This document shows positions 61,402 through 64,000 of a DNA stretch of 64,000 nucleotides, piece by piece (position 1 is the stretch's first letter; each line of letters starts with the position of its first letter). The position numbers and the translations under genes are program-made. The notes beneath the pieces were generated by a model, which did not search any database, was not told the DNA's origin, and was given only the letters and a program-made list of their open reading frames with translations. This DNA is from an uncultured Chloroflexia bacterium (lineage in GTDB: Bacteria; Chloroflexota; Limnocylindria; Limnocylindrales; CSP1-4), in NCBI GenBank assembly GCA_963819655.1, contig CAWFXA010000002.1:1664001-1728000 (forward strand), read 5' to 3'.

Positions 61402-62370
61402 TTACTGCATCGGCTCGGTCTGACCGTAGATCTTCGGGCTGATCTGGTAAGCGTGCTGCTCGAGGTCGATCGCGAGATTGTCGAACTTTCGGAGAGCTGA
61501 TGACTGGAGTGTCGCGGTCGACTTGAGCTCCAGTTCCTCGCGCGTCTCTGCCTCTCCGCGCCACCCGACACGGATCTCGCCGACGCCCTTCGCGTACGAC
61601 TTGAGCTGGAAGATGCCGGCCTCGCCGTCGCTCGACTCGGCGAACCGATCGACGTTGTTGAAGCAGCCTGCGACGACACAATCGCTGAGCCCGAACTCAT
61701 CGATCCGACCGAAGTCAGACCATTCGACGGCCGGTCCCCAGCCCTGGTAGTAGCTCTGCGTGTGAGTCGAGGGATCGGCGAACATCTTGATCCCGGGCCT
61801 AGCGTCGTCGAAGCCGGCGAGCCAGGTCGGCGCAGCGACGAACTCGCCGTCCTCGTACTCCTCTGGATGCTCACCGAAATACCAGACGGTGCCATCGTCG
61901 TCCTGCGCATAGAACGCGATCTCCACCTCGACCAGCTGGCCGTCGCTGAAGTCCTCGACCCACGCCACGGCCGTCTGGACGCCGGCGATGCGCTTGGTCA
62001 GGTGGGTAACGGTGAAGGTGATCCGGTGCGGGATCCGTTCCCCGCCCTCGAGCGTGACACCGTCTTCGATCCAACGGCGACCGGGCTGTAACGGCAGCCA
62101 CTCGTTCGTGATCGTCGCGCCGTTCGAGAAATGGGAGGGGTCGAACTCGGCGAAGGCCGGAACGGATGGATCGAGGGTTGGTGTGGGCTCCGCCGTGGGT
62201 GCCACGCTCGGGGCAGGAGTCGGGCCGACATTCCCCGTATCGGGTAACGGCGGGGCCGTCGCGGGCGGTGGGCTGGCGGCGGCCTGACTCGCAGGCGCGC
62301 GACTACACCCGACCGTGGCGACCAGAACCAAGGCAGCGGCGCACAAGGCGCCCGCGCTCGACCAACGCAT
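61402..62370 (-). CDS. Putative lipoprotein
   Basis: Lipobox-like TVGC, Pro-rich linker, YAQDDDGTVWYFGE motif. Confidence 0.78.
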   Translation of the reverse strand: MRWSSAGALCAAALVLVATVGCSRAPASQAAASPPPATAPPLPDTGNVGPTPAPSVAPTAEPTPTLDPSVPAFAEFDPSHFSNGATITNEWLPLQPGRRWIEDGVTLEGGERIPHRITFTVTHLTKRIAGVQTAVAWVEDFSDGQLVEVEIAFYAQDDDGTVWYFGEHPEEYEDGEFVAAPTWLAGFDDARPGIKMFADPSTHTQSYYQGWGPAVEWSDFGRIDEFGLSDCVVAGCFNNVDRFAESSDGEAGIFQLKSYAKGVGEIRVGWRGEAETREELELKSTATLQSSALRKFDNLAIDLEQHAYQISPKIYGQTEPMQ

Positions 62371-62492
62371 GACGGAAACCCCCAATAACCCCTCGACCGC
62401 CCCCAGCGGTATACGAATAGTACTTTGGTACCGGGAACCTCGGTTCGCACTATGTTGGAATGCGAAGTGGTGCGTTCTCGCACCACGGAAAA

Positions 62493-63614
62493 TCAGATCG
62501 GGAGGCGGACGCGGAACGTGGTACCGGCACTCCCCGTGGATTCGACCTCCAGATCGCCCCCGTGGGCCGCCACGAGATAGCGCGCGATCGCCAATCCGAG
62601 ACCCGATCCAGTGGAGCCGGCGCCCTTCACGAATTGGTCGAAGACATGGGGGAGGAGAGCGGCATCGATGCCTGGGCCAGTGTCCGCGACGCGGATCACG
62701 AGGCGGTCGCCCGCCACCTCCCCACGGACGACGACCGTGCCGCCGGATGGGGTGTGGCGGACCCCGTTCGCCACGAGATTGGCGAGCACCTCCCGGATCC
62801 GGACCGGGTCGACGTCGACGATCGGAAGATCGGACGGGACATCGGCCGTGACGGTCACCCCGGCCGTGCCAGCCGAGCCCGCGAACGACCGCACGACCTC
62901 ATCGATGAGAACGTCCGGGTCGGTCGGCTCCCGATGCAGCTGGAGCGTGCCGGCCTCCGACAGAGCCACCGTCCGCAGGTCGTCGATCAGGCGTTCCATG
63001 ACCCGCGTCTCCTCGAGGATCGCGGTGAGGTGCGCCTCGTCGGCCGCGTGGACGCCATCGATCATCGCCTCGAGGTTGCCGGCGATCACGGTCAGGGGCG
63101 TCCGCAGCTCGTGGCTCACATCGTTGAGCAACGTCCGCCGCTGGTCCTCGTCGCGTTGGAGCCGCTCGACCATCGTGTCGAAGCCGCGGGCGAGCTGGCG
63201 CACTGGTCGCATGCCCCGCTCGGGCACGGGAACGCGGACCGAGTAGTCCCCGGCCTCGACGCGAGCGGTCGCATCCAGCAGGGCATCGAGCGTTCCGGCC
63301 GACCGACGCAGCCCACGGCTCAGTGCCACGAGAGCCGCGACGACGACGATGACGGCGATCGCCCCTGCGACCGGCCCGAGCTGGGAGAGTGCCGTGGCCG
63401 TCGCCGCCACGAGCGCGCCCGCCACCACAAGGAAGATGATCCCGAACACGCAGCCGAAGCCGCGCCACGGACCGCCGCGCCACGGCCCACGGCGCTGACC
63501 CCACTCACCTGCGCGGCGCCGACGCCACATCTCGCGGCGATAGGCGCGCCAATCCTCGGGGCCCTCGGGCCAGGGCGGGCCGCCGCGTTCCGGGGAACCG
63601 CCACGCTCACTCAT
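62493..63614 (-). CDS. HAMP sensor histidine kinase (BaeS-like)
   Basis: Two TMs, HAMP, SHELRTPL, NLVANG, DTGPGI, GLGLAI. Confidence 0.95.
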   Translation of the reverse strand: MSERGGSPERGGPPWPEGPEDWRAYRREMWRRRRAGEWGQRRGPWRGGPWRGFGCVFGIIFLVVAGALVAATATALSQLGPVAGAIAVIVVVAALVALSRGLRRSAGTLDALLDATARVEAGDYSVRVPVPERGMRPVRQLARGFDTMVERLQRDEDQRRTLLNDVSHELRTPLTVIAGNLEAMIDGVHAADEAHLTAILEETRVMERLIDDLRTVALSEAGTLQLHREPTDPDVLIDEVVRSFAGSAGTAGVTVTADVPSDLPIVDVDPVRIREVLANLVANGVRHTPSGGTVVVRGEVAGDRLVIRVADTGPGIDAALLPHVFDQFVKGAGSTGSGLGLAIARYLVAAHGGDLEVESTGSAGTTFRVRLPI

Positions 63615-64000
63615 CGATCGTCCGCCAGGCGATAGCCCACGCCGTACACGGTCAACACGTACCGAGGTTGCCGGGGATCGGGCTCGAGCTTGCGGCGCAG
63701 GTTCTTGACGTGCGAGTCGATCGCGCGCTCGTAGCTCTCGAACGCGACCCCGTGCAGCGCATCGAGCAACTGGCTCCGGGTGAAGATCCTGCCCGGCTCG
63801 CGCGCGAGGGTAGCAAGGAGCGTGAACTCGGTCGGGGTGAGGTCGACGGACGTGCCGGCCACCTCGGTCCGCATCCGTGGCACGTCCAGCGTCAGGTCGC
63901 CGACCCGCATGACGTCCCCGGCACCGACCGGGCGATCGGCACGCCGCAGCACAGCCTTGACCCGCGCAACGAGCTCGCGCGGCGAGAACGGCTTCGTGAG
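63611..64000 (-). CDS. OmpR-family response regulator (5' part beyond window)
   Basis: KPFSPREL, LTPTEF, IDSHVKNLRRK, TVYGVGY. Confidence 0.95.
   Translation of the reverse strand, partial: LTKPFSPRELVARVKAVLRRADRPVGAGDVMRVGDLTLDVPRMRTEVAGTSVDLTPTEFTLLATLAREPGRIFTRSQLLDALHGVAFESYERAIDSHVKNLRRKLEPDPRQPRYVLTVYGVGYRLADDR

Overview
High-GC bacterial chromosomal window. Gene content and order suggest Chloroflexota, possibly Limnocylindria-like; this is inference, not a database result. 1-12.6 kb holds the distal spc and alpha ribosomal operons (rplN to rplQ, secY, adk, map, infA, rpoA), then truA, rplM and rpsI. 12.7-36.7 kb is a long housekeeping run: argF, TPR protein, cdaA-cdaR-glmM-glmS, acpS, nnrD, alr, a macrodomain/GlmL-like four-gene insert, tsaE-tsaB-rimI-tsaD, rsmA, ispE, ridA, glmU, a CNNM/CBS protein, a polyprenyl synthase and recO. 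37-64 kb is more accessory: an LPPTD-tailed surface protein, dipeptidase, ECF sigma/anti-sigma pair, glyQS, DUF3500, a NoeB-like/YIDPGSG-peptide/NoeA-like triad, FNR, ppdK, NDH-2, ADH, deacetylase, cupredoxin, DUF2330, a PadR module, an M14 peptidase and a two-component system. No rRNA, tRNA, CRISPR array or transposase was recognised. Most notable are: (i) the AP-superfamily transferase + YIDPGSG micro-protein + kinase-methyltransferase triad; (ii) three families of short dispersed repeats, two of which invade core genes (rplE, rpmD, acpS, truA start), one nested inside another, and one with fixed 60-bp units; (iii) an orphan GlmL-like ATPase module; (iv) widespread apparently leaderless genes.
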